Both the position numbers and the translations under genes were made by a program. Below the pieces are notes generated by a model. The model saw only the letters and a list, made by a program, of their open reading frames with translations, was not told the DNA's origin and did no database searches. From Candidatus Obscuribacterales bacterium (GTDB taxonomy: Bacteria; Cyanobacteriota; Vampirovibrionia; Obscuribacterales; Obscuribacteraceae), in assembly GCA_965228855.1 (NCBI GenBank), contig CBDDIJ010000003.1:2272001-2336000 (forward strand): a DNA stretch of 64,000 nucleotides, read 5' to 3'. The first letter of the stretch is position 1. Each line of letters starts with the position of its first letter. This document shows, one piece after another, positions 48,663-57,368 of the stretch.

Positions 48663-49316
48663 ATGCTATTCAATAATCCCACGTTGGTTTTGCTGATTCT
48701 CCTCGGCATCGGAGTCGCAATTGCGACGCCGGTTCTTGCCAAAGGGTTCATGCGCCGCGGAAAGGGCGTTAAGTACGAACAAAGTTTCATTCTTCAGCGG
48801 GCGCCTCAGTTCGCTTCAGTGGTTACGATTTTTCTCCTTATCTTCACAGGAATGGTCTACAACGACATCATTCAAATCCCGGGCGCAGTGCCTTTCATAA
48901 CACTTGCTTCCAGCAAAGCTCCTGAGGGGTTTCCTCTTTACCTTTCCTGGTTCGGATTGTTGATTTTCATCGATGGTTTGATTTTCATGATTGGCGGCTG
49001 GATCTCGCTTGGTGAGATGTTCTCCACCGACGCCGAAGTTATGGAAAATCACACCGTGCGTGATACCGGATTGTTGAGCTTCGTAATGCATCCGGCTTAC
49101 TCCGGAATCATACAGTCTCTGCTCGGTGCCTCGGTTGTGCTTGCATCACCGTTCTGCATCCTCTTCACTTTGTTCATGGTCGCTCCACTATGGTTGAAGC
49201 GAGCCAAGTATGAGGAGACTCTACTTCTGGAGGCGCTTGGTGAGCCATATCGCGCTTATGGTCAGAAGATGGGTTGGCGCAGGCTGGTACCGAGATTCAT
49301 TCCTATCGGCGTGTAA
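48663..49316 (+). CDS. ICMT/PEMT-family membrane methyltransferase
   Basis: LGEMFS, TG....VMHPAYSG, RAKYEE..L...LGE.Y..Y. Confidence 0.85.
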   Translation: MLFNNPTLVLLILLGIGVAIATPVLAKGFMRRGKGVKYEQSFILQRAPQFASVVTIFLLIFTGMVYNDIIQIPGAVPFITLASSKAPEGFPLYLSWFGLLIFIDGLIFMIGGWISLGEMFSTDAEVMENHTVRDTGLLSFVMHPAYSGIIQSLLGASVVLASPFCILFTLFMVAPLWLKRAKYEETLLLEALGEPYRAYGQKMGWRRLVPRFIPIGV

Positions 49317-49525
49317 ACAGTGGGGTTTCAGCGACCCGATGTTCAGCAACTGCTGGGACCGTGCAACAATCCGTGGATGCAGACCTCGCATCATTACTGA
49401 GATTTAGTGCAGATTAGCAAAATTTCCCTGTTTTCAACCTGGCACCACCAGTGATATAATCTGCTATAGACAGGAAAGTTTCTTTTAGACCTAGTTCAAT
49501 TATTTTCGGCTGGACGGTAACAACT

Positions 49526-50140
49526 TTGAATCCACGAACAAAAGCAATTTTCATTGCTGCTGTTGCATGCGGCGCAGCGGCCTCTATCTCGGTGTCATCA
49601 CCACAGGCAGCGTCTGCCAAACACTGTTCCAAAGCCGACGAAGCATCGGTCAAAAGCGAAAAGCGCGCCGGCGATAAAGTCTGGCACAGCGCGAAAATAC
49701 TGATTAAGGCACCGCCGAAGGTAGTCTGGGACACAGTTCACGAAGAACGGAAAAAAGACCCGGACCTAGCCTACAGCAAAGTGCTGCAGCAAGGCGAGAA
49801 CGAGTGCCGTCTCGAACAAAAATTTCAATTGATCCCCATAATCGGAACAGCTGTCTGTGAAATGCATAACAGCGAAGTTCCTCTTCAGCGAATCGACTAC
49901 AAGCTATTGAAGTCGGATCGTTTCAAAGCAATGGAAGGAAGCTGGGTTCTCACGCCGGCTGATGATGGAAAACACACCATGCTGGAACTTTCGACACACC
50001 TCGACATGGGCATTCCCGTGCCTGGTCCCTTAATGTCATCGGTGACCTCGAAAAAACTGGCAAAGAGGCTCGGCAACGTGAAGAAGATGGCAGAGCAACA
50101 TCACGCACAGGTTGCCGCTAAAGAGCACTCTGGTAGTTAA
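49526..50140 (+). CDS. Exported START/SRPBCC (cyclase-like) lipid-binding domain protein
   Basis: Signal peptide; I.APP..VW, F..MEGSW.L.P, C-terminal helix. Confidence 0.75.
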   Translation: MNPRTKAIFIAAVACGAAASISVSSPQAASAKHCSKADEASVKSEKRAGDKVWHSAKILIKAPPKVVWDTVHEERKKDPDLAYSKVLQQGENECRLEQKFQLIPIIGTAVCEMHNSEVPLQRIDYKLLKSDRFKAMEGSWVLTPADDGKHTMLELSTHLDMGIPVPGPLMSSVTSKKLAKRLGNVKKMAEQHHAQVAAKEHSGS

Positions 50141-50149
50141 CTTCCGAGA

Positions 50150-51886
50150 CTAGCGAACTGCTTGCGAAGCTTCGATCAAAAAGTGAAGCTTCACACCGAA
50201 ACGTGTCTCAAAATACGCCTTCTTTTCGTTGAGAGCCCAGGCCTCTGCTTTGCAGTTCTCTCCGTCTTTGACGAATGGCACCAGGGATAGCATCTTGCCA
50301 CCAAAAGTGGTATCGACCCCCTCGTAAGGATTCATCATAACCTTCAACTCCTTAATCACCTGGCGATGACTTCGATCGAGAGCTTCCGCCACGCGCAAGA
50401 TGGCTGCGAGGTCTTGAACAATCGGCTGCGCGGTGGGAGGCAGAGACTGCCATGCCTCATGCGAATCTTTAGGTGTTGAGCCGCGATGGTAGCGAGCGAT
50501 TGAAGCTATCATCTCGAGCTGTTCCTCCGAGTGACCAAGCAATCCGCCGTGTCGAATTAGATAGTAGCTATGTTTGTGATGCCCATTGCGAGCGATGAAC
50601 GTTCCTACATCATGCAGCATGGCTGCAGACCAGAGAATGTGGCCAACCTCCTCATCATGGTTGTGCAAAATCCCCTTGGTTTGCTGGAAGATGATGGTAG
50701 CGAGTTTTGCCACTTGCTCAGCATGAGCGAAACTGGAATCGTACTTTTCGAGAAGCTCGTGAACACTGGCAGAACGAGGGTCCCTATGACTCTTCAGATC
50801 GGAGTCATCCAACCAGCCCGTTTGAAGAAAACGGTCGACAACCACGCCTTCACGCAGAGCGGACGAACACACGGTAATCTCATCAGCCTTGAGTGCACGC
50901 ATCGTTTCAAGAAGAACAATTGCACCGGCTAAAATAGTCTGACTTCTATCGGCCGAAACGCCCTTTATGCGCTCACCGCCGACCGAACAACGTTCGATAT
51001 AAGCAACGATTTCGGCCAGTCGCTCGATGGGCATCCGCCATCCATGAAGTGATTCATTGGTCCGACCAGTTTGAACGCGGTCGATTTTGGCGAGGGCCTG
51101 CACGGTTCCGGATGTTCCGATCACTCGTTTAAAACCGCCCACAGTCTCAATCCTGGCGGCCGCCGGTTTCAGCATCCCAGTTACTTCGCCGTGCAATTCT
51201 TTTAACGCGTCCGCGGTCGGAAAGCCCTTTTTGAAAAACCGCTGTGTAAGACGAGCTCCGCCCAGTTTGTACGACTCGGCAAAATATGACTTCTCCCTGT
51301 CAGCGCAGACGATTTCTGTACTGCCGCCGCCGATATCGATTACGACAAACCGCTCTTTCAACTCCGGCATGCTAAACAACACGCCGAGATAGATCAGTCG
51401 AGCTTCTTCCTTGCCAGAAATAGTACGCGCGTCCAGCTTCAAATCTTGCCGGATTCGCTCGATCGTCTGCATTCCGTTGCGGGACTCGCGCACGGCAGAT
51501 GTCGCCACGGCTTGAACGTATGTCGCGCCTTTCGATGTCGCCTGTTTGATCATGTCGCGCAAAATCGTCTTCGCTGCATCGAACGCAACATCATCAATAA
51601 AATGCGCTCCAAGAGCTCTTCTGAAAAACGGCGCTATGTCCTTGACCTTTGTGATAACCTCGAAATCTTCTTTGTCATCGGTGGCGCGGCAGACAATCAT
51701 ATGAAACGAGTTGGTGCCCATATCGATGCAGGCGAAAACTGGTCCACCGGAAACTTTCGCCCAGCTTCCGGAGCGAGTGTTTTCAGTTTCCTTACTGGCT
51801 TTCGTTGCCGTCTTACTTGAGCCGGCGCTCTTCGATCTGGCGCTTTCAGTTTTGCCTTTCGAAATAGCAGCCTTCTTTGGACTCAT
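50150..51886 (-). CDS. ppx: Ppx/GppA phosphatase with HD domain
   Basis: IDMGTNSFH, ATSAVRE, SGKEEARL, DIGGGSTE, ALREG, LHDVG, HHKHSYY. Confidence 0.93.
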   Translation of the reverse strand: MSPKKAAISKGKTESARSKSAGSSKTATKASKETENTRSGSWAKVSGGPVFACIDMGTNSFHMIVCRATDDKEDFEVITKVKDIAPFFRRALGAHFIDDVAFDAAKTILRDMIKQATSKGATYVQAVATSAVRESRNGMQTIERIRQDLKLDARTISGKEEARLIYLGVLFSMPELKERFVVIDIGGGSTEIVCADREKSYFAESYKLGGARLTQRFFKKGFPTADALKELHGEVTGMLKPAAARIETVGGFKRVIGTSGTVQALAKIDRVQTGRTNESLHGWRMPIERLAEIVAYIERCSVGGERIKGVSADRSQTILAGAIVLLETMRALKADEITVCSSALREGVVVDRFLQTGWLDDSDLKSHRDPRSASVHELLEKYDSSFAHAEQVAKLATIIFQQTKGILHNHDEEVGHILWSAAMLHDVGTFIARNGHHKHSYYLIRHGGLLGHSEEQLEMIASIARYHRGSTPKDSHEAWQSLPPTAQPIVQDLAAILRVAEALDRSHRQVIKELKVMMNPYEGVDTTFGGKMLSLVPFVKDGENCKAEAWALNEKKAYFETRFGVKLHFLIEASQAVR

Positions 51887-53337
51887 GTAGCAACCGACTC
51901 CACTTTCGATATCGTTCTGGCATATTCGACCGCCGCCAGGGCAGCTTTAGTGCCACTGGTTATACAATCCGGTATGCCTACACCATTGTAGGAACTGCCT
52001 GCCAGGAAGACTCCAGGCATCTGATTGACTTCGCGAATAATTTTTTGAACGCGCTCTGCGTGTCCGAGATTGTACTGCGGCATACTTGCCGGATAACGAT
52101 TCACTAGTTCGTTCAGTGGTTCCGCTTTCACTCCAAGATAATACTCCAGATCGGCACGAGCTAGTTTAACAAGTTCAGCGTCCGAGAGGTTGAGATGTTC
52201 GGGCTGCAAAACGCCACCTATAAAGGCGCGCACAGCAACGCAATCTTCCGGTGCCCGCCCCTTGAATTTGTTGCTGATGAAACTCGCAGCCAGGATGGTC
52301 CGCTTTTCCGTCACTGGAACAACAAATCCAAAGCCGTTTATATCGCGAGGAATGTCAGCCCGCTTATAAAGCAAATTGATCACAGCCGCAGAGCTGGTTT
52401 CGATTTTTTCAAGGTCAGAAGCCAGGTTGGCGTTTGTGTTTGAAACTATCTGCGCCGTTACGAAAGCCGGAGTAGCCATTATCACAGCGTCGAATTCACT
52501 GAAGCCGCCGGCAGCTTCAACGCTCCAGCGCCCGCTATCCAGTTTTCGAACGGAGGTCACCGTTGAGTTCTTCTCGATTCGATCTAAACCGATCGCAGCT
52601 TCCAACGCCCTGGACAGAGTGCTGACTCCGTTCTTCAAGGTGACGAACATTGAATAACGCGCACCGGATGCGGTGCGCTCATGCGCATTATCTTTGCGCG
52701 CCATTAATCCCTTTATGACACTACCCTGTCTCTGTTCCATCTCGACGAACTGAGTCAGCGTCGATCTGGCGCTTAGCTTCGCGACGTCGCCGACGTAAAT
52801 CCCGCCAACCATAGGTTGCACAATTTTATCGAGCGCTTCACGACCGAAACGGCGAAGAACAAATGTTTCGACACTCTCATCGCTGTCATCCGTTTTCGGA
52901 GGTGTCACCATATCCAGTGCCATCCTGAACTTGCCGCTCAGTGAGAAGAGGGGCGAAAGTGCAAACGGAATCAAGCGGGAGGGAGCAAGCATGACAAAGC
53001 CATCCGGAAGAGGATGCAGCTCCCCATTGCAGGCGATGAGAGAACGCCGGTTTGCCTCATTTGTGGAAATTACTTGGTCTGTTAAACCGAGATCTTCGAC
53101 AAGCTCCATCACATCGGGCTTTGATGCTACCCATGAATCCGGGCCGTGCTCGACAATTCTATTGTTGACTAGTTCAGTTTTAAGAACACCGCCAACAGAA
53201 TCCGCGCCTTCAAAAACTCGGACGTCAGTTTCCACGCCTGCAGCCGTTGACATACTGAGCACGCGGTAAGTTGCCGAAAGACCGGAAATTCCTGCTCCAA
53301 CTACCGCGATTCTGATTTTATTACCATTGCCTGCCAT
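51883..53337 (-). CDS. hemY: Protoporphyrinogen/coproporphyrinogen oxidase (HemY type)
   Basis: VVGAGISGL, EHGPDS, DESV..F..RRFG, GIY.GD, GFGFVVP, MPQY..GH, GVGIPDCI. Follows hemE. Confidence 0.92.
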   Translation of the reverse strand: MAGNGNKIRIAVVGAGISGLSATYRVLSMSTAAGVETDVRVFEGADSVGGVLKTELVNNRIVEHGPDSWVASKPDVMELVEDLGLTDQVISTNEANRRSLIACNGELHPLPDGFVMLAPSRLIPFALSPLFSLSGKFRMALDMVTPPKTDDSDESVETFVLRRFGREALDKIVQPMVGGIYVGDVAKLSARSTLTQFVEMEQRQGSVIKGLMARKDNAHERTASGARYSMFVTLKNGVSTLSRALEAAIGLDRIEKNSTVTSVRKLDSGRWSVEAAGGFSEFDAVIMATPAFVTAQIVSNTNANLASDLEKIETSSAAVINLLYKRADIPRDINGFGFVVPVTEKRTILAASFISNKFKGRAPEDCVAVRAFIGGVLQPEHLNLSDAELVKLARADLEYYLGVKAEPLNELVNRYPASMPQYNLGHAERVQKIIREVNQMPGVFLAGSSYNGVGIPDCITSGTKAALAAVEYARTISKVESVAT

Positions 53338-53339
53338 TG

Positions 53340-54509
53340 CTATTTCTTCGTCAGTTCATGGACCAATTCGACCAGATATTGCACATTTTCAACCGGAGTC
53401 TTTGGAAGGATTCCGTGTCCAAGATTGAACACATGACCCGGTCTTCCTGCGGCTTTCGCCAGCACTTCCTTGACCTGGCGCTCGATTTCATCTTTATCGG
53501 CAAACAAGACCAGCGGATCTAAATTTCCTTGAATGGCTTTGTCTTCGCCAATTAGCTCCCATCCGTAATCGAGATCTATGCGCCAATCAACACCGAGCAC
53601 ATCCGCGTCGGTTTGCGACATCAGAGGCAGCAGGCCATTCGTCATGGTGCCAAAGTAAATGACCGGAGCGTCCCCCTTGAGTGTTCTGACCAGGTCCTTC
53701 ATATATGGGAGTACGAAACGCTCGTAGTCAAACGGAGAAAGTGCACCTACCCAGCTATCGAAGATCTGAACGGCGCTCGCACCGGCTTCGACCTGGGCAA
53801 GCAAATATTTCGAAGTGATGTCGCTCAATTTCCTCATGAGCGTATCCCAGACCTGGGGCTCTTTGTACATCAGGGTCTTCGTGTGTACATAATTTTTGCT
53901 GCCACCACCCTCAATGGCATACGATGCTAGTGTAAACGGCGCACCTGCAAATCCAATTAGAGGAGTGCGGCCGTCGAATTCGGCACAAACCGTTTTAATA
54001 GCCTCTAGGACGTAGGAAAGTTCTTCTCGCGGCTCGAAGTCCGGAAGAGCATTTACATCCGCGACTGTTTTAATCGGATTATCGAGAACCGGTCCGTCGC
54101 CCTCCGCGAATCGCAGTCCCAGTCCAAGATTTTCGAGAGGTAAAAGAATATCTGCAAAGATGATTCCGGCATCGACGTTCAATTGATTGACCGCCATTAC
54201 GGTCACTTCGGCAGCCAGAGATGGCGTCTTACAGAGTTCTAGAAACCCGACCTTCTTTCGAATTTCTCGATATTCGCTCTGGTAGCGTCCGGCCTGTCGC
54301 ATCAGCCAGACCGGCGTGTAGTCGGTCGGCTCTTTTTTCAAGCACCTGATGAATGGGCTATCCTTAACTGACGTTGAGACCACAGCGCGCAATTCCGGAA
54401 GATTCGTCAAACGTCGGCTTGATGCCAAGACCGTACGCCCCGACATACTACCACGCCATGCTAATATGACACGCTGAGTTGAGAAAACCAAGCGAGACTG
54501 TCTTAACAT
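53340..54509 (-). CDS. hemE: Uroporphyrinogen decarboxylase
   Basis: PVWLMRQAGRY, IFADIL, GFAGAPFTLASY, QIFDSW, QGNLDP, FNLGHG. The true start is probably downstream of 54509. Confidence 0.95.
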   Translation of the reverse strand: MLRQSRLVFSTQRVILAWRGSMSGRTVLASSRRLTNLPELRAVVSTSVKDSPFIRCLKKEPTDYTPVWLMRQAGRYQSEYREIRKKVGFLELCKTPSLAAEVTVMAVNQLNVDAGIIFADILLPLENLGLGLRFAEGDGPVLDNPIKTVADVNALPDFEPREELSYVLEAIKTVCAEFDGRTPLIGFAGAPFTLASYAIEGGGSKNYVHTKTLMYKEPQVWDTLMRKLSDITSKYLLAQVEAGASAVQIFDSWVGALSPFDYERFVLPYMKDLVRTLKGDAPVIYFGTMTNGLLPLMSQTDADVLGVDWRIDLDYGWELIGEDKAIQGNLDPLVLFADKDEIERQVKEVLAKAAGRPGHVFNLGHGILPKTPVENVQYLVELVHELTKK

Positions 54510-54516
54510 CAGCTAA

Positions 54517-55470
54517 ATGACTAATAACGAAACACAAAATCCACAGATTGAAAACGTCGAAGTGATAGTACTGGGTGCCGGTCCGGCTGGCATCACCTGC
54601 GCTCTGGAGTTGAACGAGTACAGAATCAACTGCCTGGTTCTGGACCGTGGCAGCTTGCCAGGTGGACAATTACCGGAAATACCGAGCCCGATTCCGAACC
54701 TCCCACTGGGGATATACGAAGACGGCAGGGCAATGCAGAAAAGTCTTTGTGATGCCGTGAGCTCCGCGCGAATTAGAGTGGGTTTAAACGAAACCGTCTT
54801 GAATTGCGACCTTTCAAAGCTCGAGTTTCAGACCGCCAACCGCATTTACCACGCAAAAGCGGCGTTTTTGGCGACCGGCTACAGACTGAGGCGCTTGCCT
54901 GATGAAGAAAAATACGCTGCGTTCAGCAAAGAAATTTTTTATAACACGGGCTCCGTCCAGGGTGAGTTCGAGGGAAAAAATGTGGCCATCATCGGCGGCG
55001 GTGACAGTGCCCTTCTCGAGGCTATGGAACGAGCCGCCTCTGCGCATTCGGTATGCATAATCCACCGCTCGGAATCATTCAAAGCGAGGCGTCACGTCAT
55101 TGACGATTTGAAAGCGGACAATCGCATTCAGCTTCATACCAATATGGTTTTAAACAACATGATTGGCGCTGACGGTTTGAAACAGATCGAGTTGCGCTCC
55201 ACCACAGACGGTACCACAAAGACTATTGATGCCGAAAAATTGATCGTCAAAATCGGCTACGCTCCGAACACTGAGATTTTCAAAAATCAGATCGACATGG
55301 ACTCGAGCGGACACGTCCGAGTCAACGCAGAGTGTGGGACTTCGGTAAAAGCTGTCTATGCTGGAGGTGACATCGTGACGCCAGGCTTTGACCGCATTGC
55401 AAACGCGATGGGAAATGGTCTGGTAGCAGCCAGGTCAATCAGAAAATATCTGGAATCACTGAGTAACTGA
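54517..55470 (+). CDS. TrxB-like FAD/NAD(P) oxidoreductase lacking the CxxC motif
   Basis: GAGPAG, LATG, IGGGDSA, IHR..F.A, YAGGD. The CxxC position reads IFYNTGS. Confidence 0.8.
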   Translation: MTNNETQNPQIENVEVIVLGAGPAGITCALELNEYRINCLVLDRGSLPGGQLPEIPSPIPNLPLGIYEDGRAMQKSLCDAVSSARIRVGLNETVLNCDLSKLEFQTANRIYHAKAAFLATGYRLRRLPDEEKYAAFSKEIFYNTGSVQGEFEGKNVAIIGGGDSALLEAMERAASAHSVCIIHRSESFKARRHVIDDLKADNRIQLHTNMVLNNMIGADGLKQIELRSTTDGTTKTIDAEKLIVKIGYAPNTEIFKNQIDMDSSGHVRVNAECGTSVKAVYAGGDIVTPGFDRIANAMGNGLVAARSIRKYLESLSN

Positions 55471-56396
55471 TGCTACAACTCGAAGCGTTAGAAATGATTT
55501 TGGTATTCACCGGCTTCCTCATAGTAGGAATCGGGTTTCTTGTGGCCTATGCAAGAAACAGCAGCATAGCCGGCAAGAAAACCGACCATCGAAAAGAGTT
55601 TTTCAGACTGGTGGAAGCGGCACGGGAAGCCGAAATTTTGGAGAAACGCCCGATCGCCTACAACGTTGCCGGCATATGGAAAGGCGAGGGGGATGGCTAT
55701 TTCGGAGTCGGGAAAAACCTCGAGATTCATCTAGTTCAAACCCAATCGAATCTTGCCGGTCGGCTTATCGACCAATTCGGCTATAGCGAAGTCAGAGGAT
55801 TTTTTGTCTGGCCGTATATCTGGTTTGACTTCGAGCGGCATGGAACAGTCTTCGAATTTCGCGGCATCATAAAGGAAACGTCCGATGGCGCCTCCATCGC
55901 GGGGAAGTACAGATATTTCATGGAAGATGCCGAATGGCACGTTAAGCGCATCGAGGTTTTTGCACCAACACCACAGGCGGTATCACCTGTTTCAAATCCA
56001 ACCAAACCCGAGTCACGGACCGTCTCCGAAAATCAGGATGGTGCCGGTGAAGGCAAAGCAAAACAGGCAATTGAAAAATTGTCATCGGATGGATGGAAGG
56101 ACGTGGGATTTTCACCCGAGGAGATGAAACTATTAGATACCGCTAGTTTGCCACCGGAACCGTTGGAAACCGAAGCATCTCCGGTGCATGGTGTGAAACG
56201 AATCGCTCCGGAAGATTTTCCAGTGCTTCCTGAATTTCCACCGATCGATGAGGAAAGGATAAAGCCCGTTCCAAGAGGAGATACTCAGAATGCTCCATAC
56301 GTGCGAGGCAAGTCTGGCAAATGCTCGGAATGTGGAAACGACCTGGAAGAATTCATCTCGTTTTGCATCTATTGCGGATCGAAGAAAGAGAGCTGA
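55470..56396 (+). CDS. Hypothetical membrane protein with a C-terminal zinc ribbon
   Basis: N-terminal TM segment, beta-rich middle, low-complexity linker, CSECG...FCIYCG. Confidence 0.65.
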   Translation: MLQLEALEMILVFTGFLIVGIGFLVAYARNSSIAGKKTDHRKEFFRLVEAAREAEILEKRPIAYNVAGIWKGEGDGYFGVGKNLEIHLVQTQSNLAGRLIDQFGYSEVRGFFVWPYIWFDFERHGTVFEFRGIIKETSDGASIAGKYRYFMEDAEWHVKRIEVFAPTPQAVSPVSNPTKPESRTVSENQDGAGEGKAKQAIEKLSSDGWKDVGFSPEEMKLLDTASLPPEPLETEASPVHGVKRIAPEDFPVLPEFPPIDEERIKPVPRGDTQNAPYVRGKSGKCSECGNDLEEFISFCIYCGSKKES

Positions 56397-56424
56397 GCTA
56401 ACTTTCCTTTGTGGTCAACGAAGT

Positions 56425-57090
56425 TCAGACTATGTCGTCTGGCTGCACCTTGATCACTAAACTGCCTGAGAGTTTATCGTGAAGAGCTTGATGTTTAGCA
56501 GTCTTCAGGATCAAGAGATAACCGGCAAAACATGGAAGCATCGACAGCAATCTAGCAAAATGTCGCACGAGAGCGGCACCAAAGGATAGTCTCTCGCCTT
56601 TGGAATTGGTCACCTTGGCACCAACGACGATTTTACCGAGAGTTCCCTGATAACGAGAACTTTCCATGATGACGTGATAGAGCATGTTCGTCACCACCAG
56701 AAATCCGATAGTGAACATCCAGATCAGGAGAGTCGAAGACTCTTTGACCCCGACCATAGCTTGAGCAGTCATGTGCTGCTTCACCCAGAAGGCGAAGAAA
56801 GGGATAGCCACGGCAGGAGCAAAGCCTTCCATAAAGAAGTAGCCCGGGATCTCCGGAAGTACGATGGATGCGTCCATTCGGCTGATCAACAATGGAAGGG
56901 CAAAGGCTACGGGAATGCTGAGCGCCATGAAAACAAGCGCTTCTATGACGGCGGCAAGCCCTCTCAGCCAGAGTTCCGCATAAGGCTGAGCGGTATTTTG
57001 CCCGGTGCGTTCCTGATCGCTATTGGCGCTCATGTGTCTGGTTTCGTCTCCTGACGCTGCCGAGCCGGTCCCGAGTTGAGTCGAAGTCAT
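56425..57090 (-). CDS. RDD family protein
   Basis: W.R.LAA.IE, QGTLGK, G.RLSF..A..R, QALHDKL.G..V. Confidence 0.88.
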   Translation of the reverse strand: MTSTQLGTGSAASGDETRHMSANSDQERTGQNTAQPYAELWLRGLAAVIEALVFMALSIPVAFALPLLISRMDASIVLPEIPGYFFMEGFAPAVAIPFFAFWVKQHMTAQAMVGVKESSTLLIWMFTIGFLVVTNMLYHVIMESSRYQGTLGKIVVGAKVTNSKGERLSFGAALVRHFARLLSMLPCFAGYLLILKTAKHQALHDKLSGSLVIKVQPDDIV

Positions 57091-57368
57091 TTCTGAAGCC
57101 TGAAACGTTTTATCATCGGCATTGTACAGGATTTCAAGCAGCCCTCGGCAGGCCTTGCGCTTAATGGTTAATAAACGCTTGCTTGCTTAGTAGCTAAGCT
57201 AGCAACGACTGAGAAAGTTGCTCTCCATGATACACATATAACAATCCGACGCGCCTACCGCCGGCAGCTCGGCAAAGACCTTTTTAAAACCCGTTGAACG
57301 CTGAAAACGTGCAATCCCGGGCACAATGCTTTGTGCTGAGTTATCAATCCCGGGCGGTTTGAGAGCGA

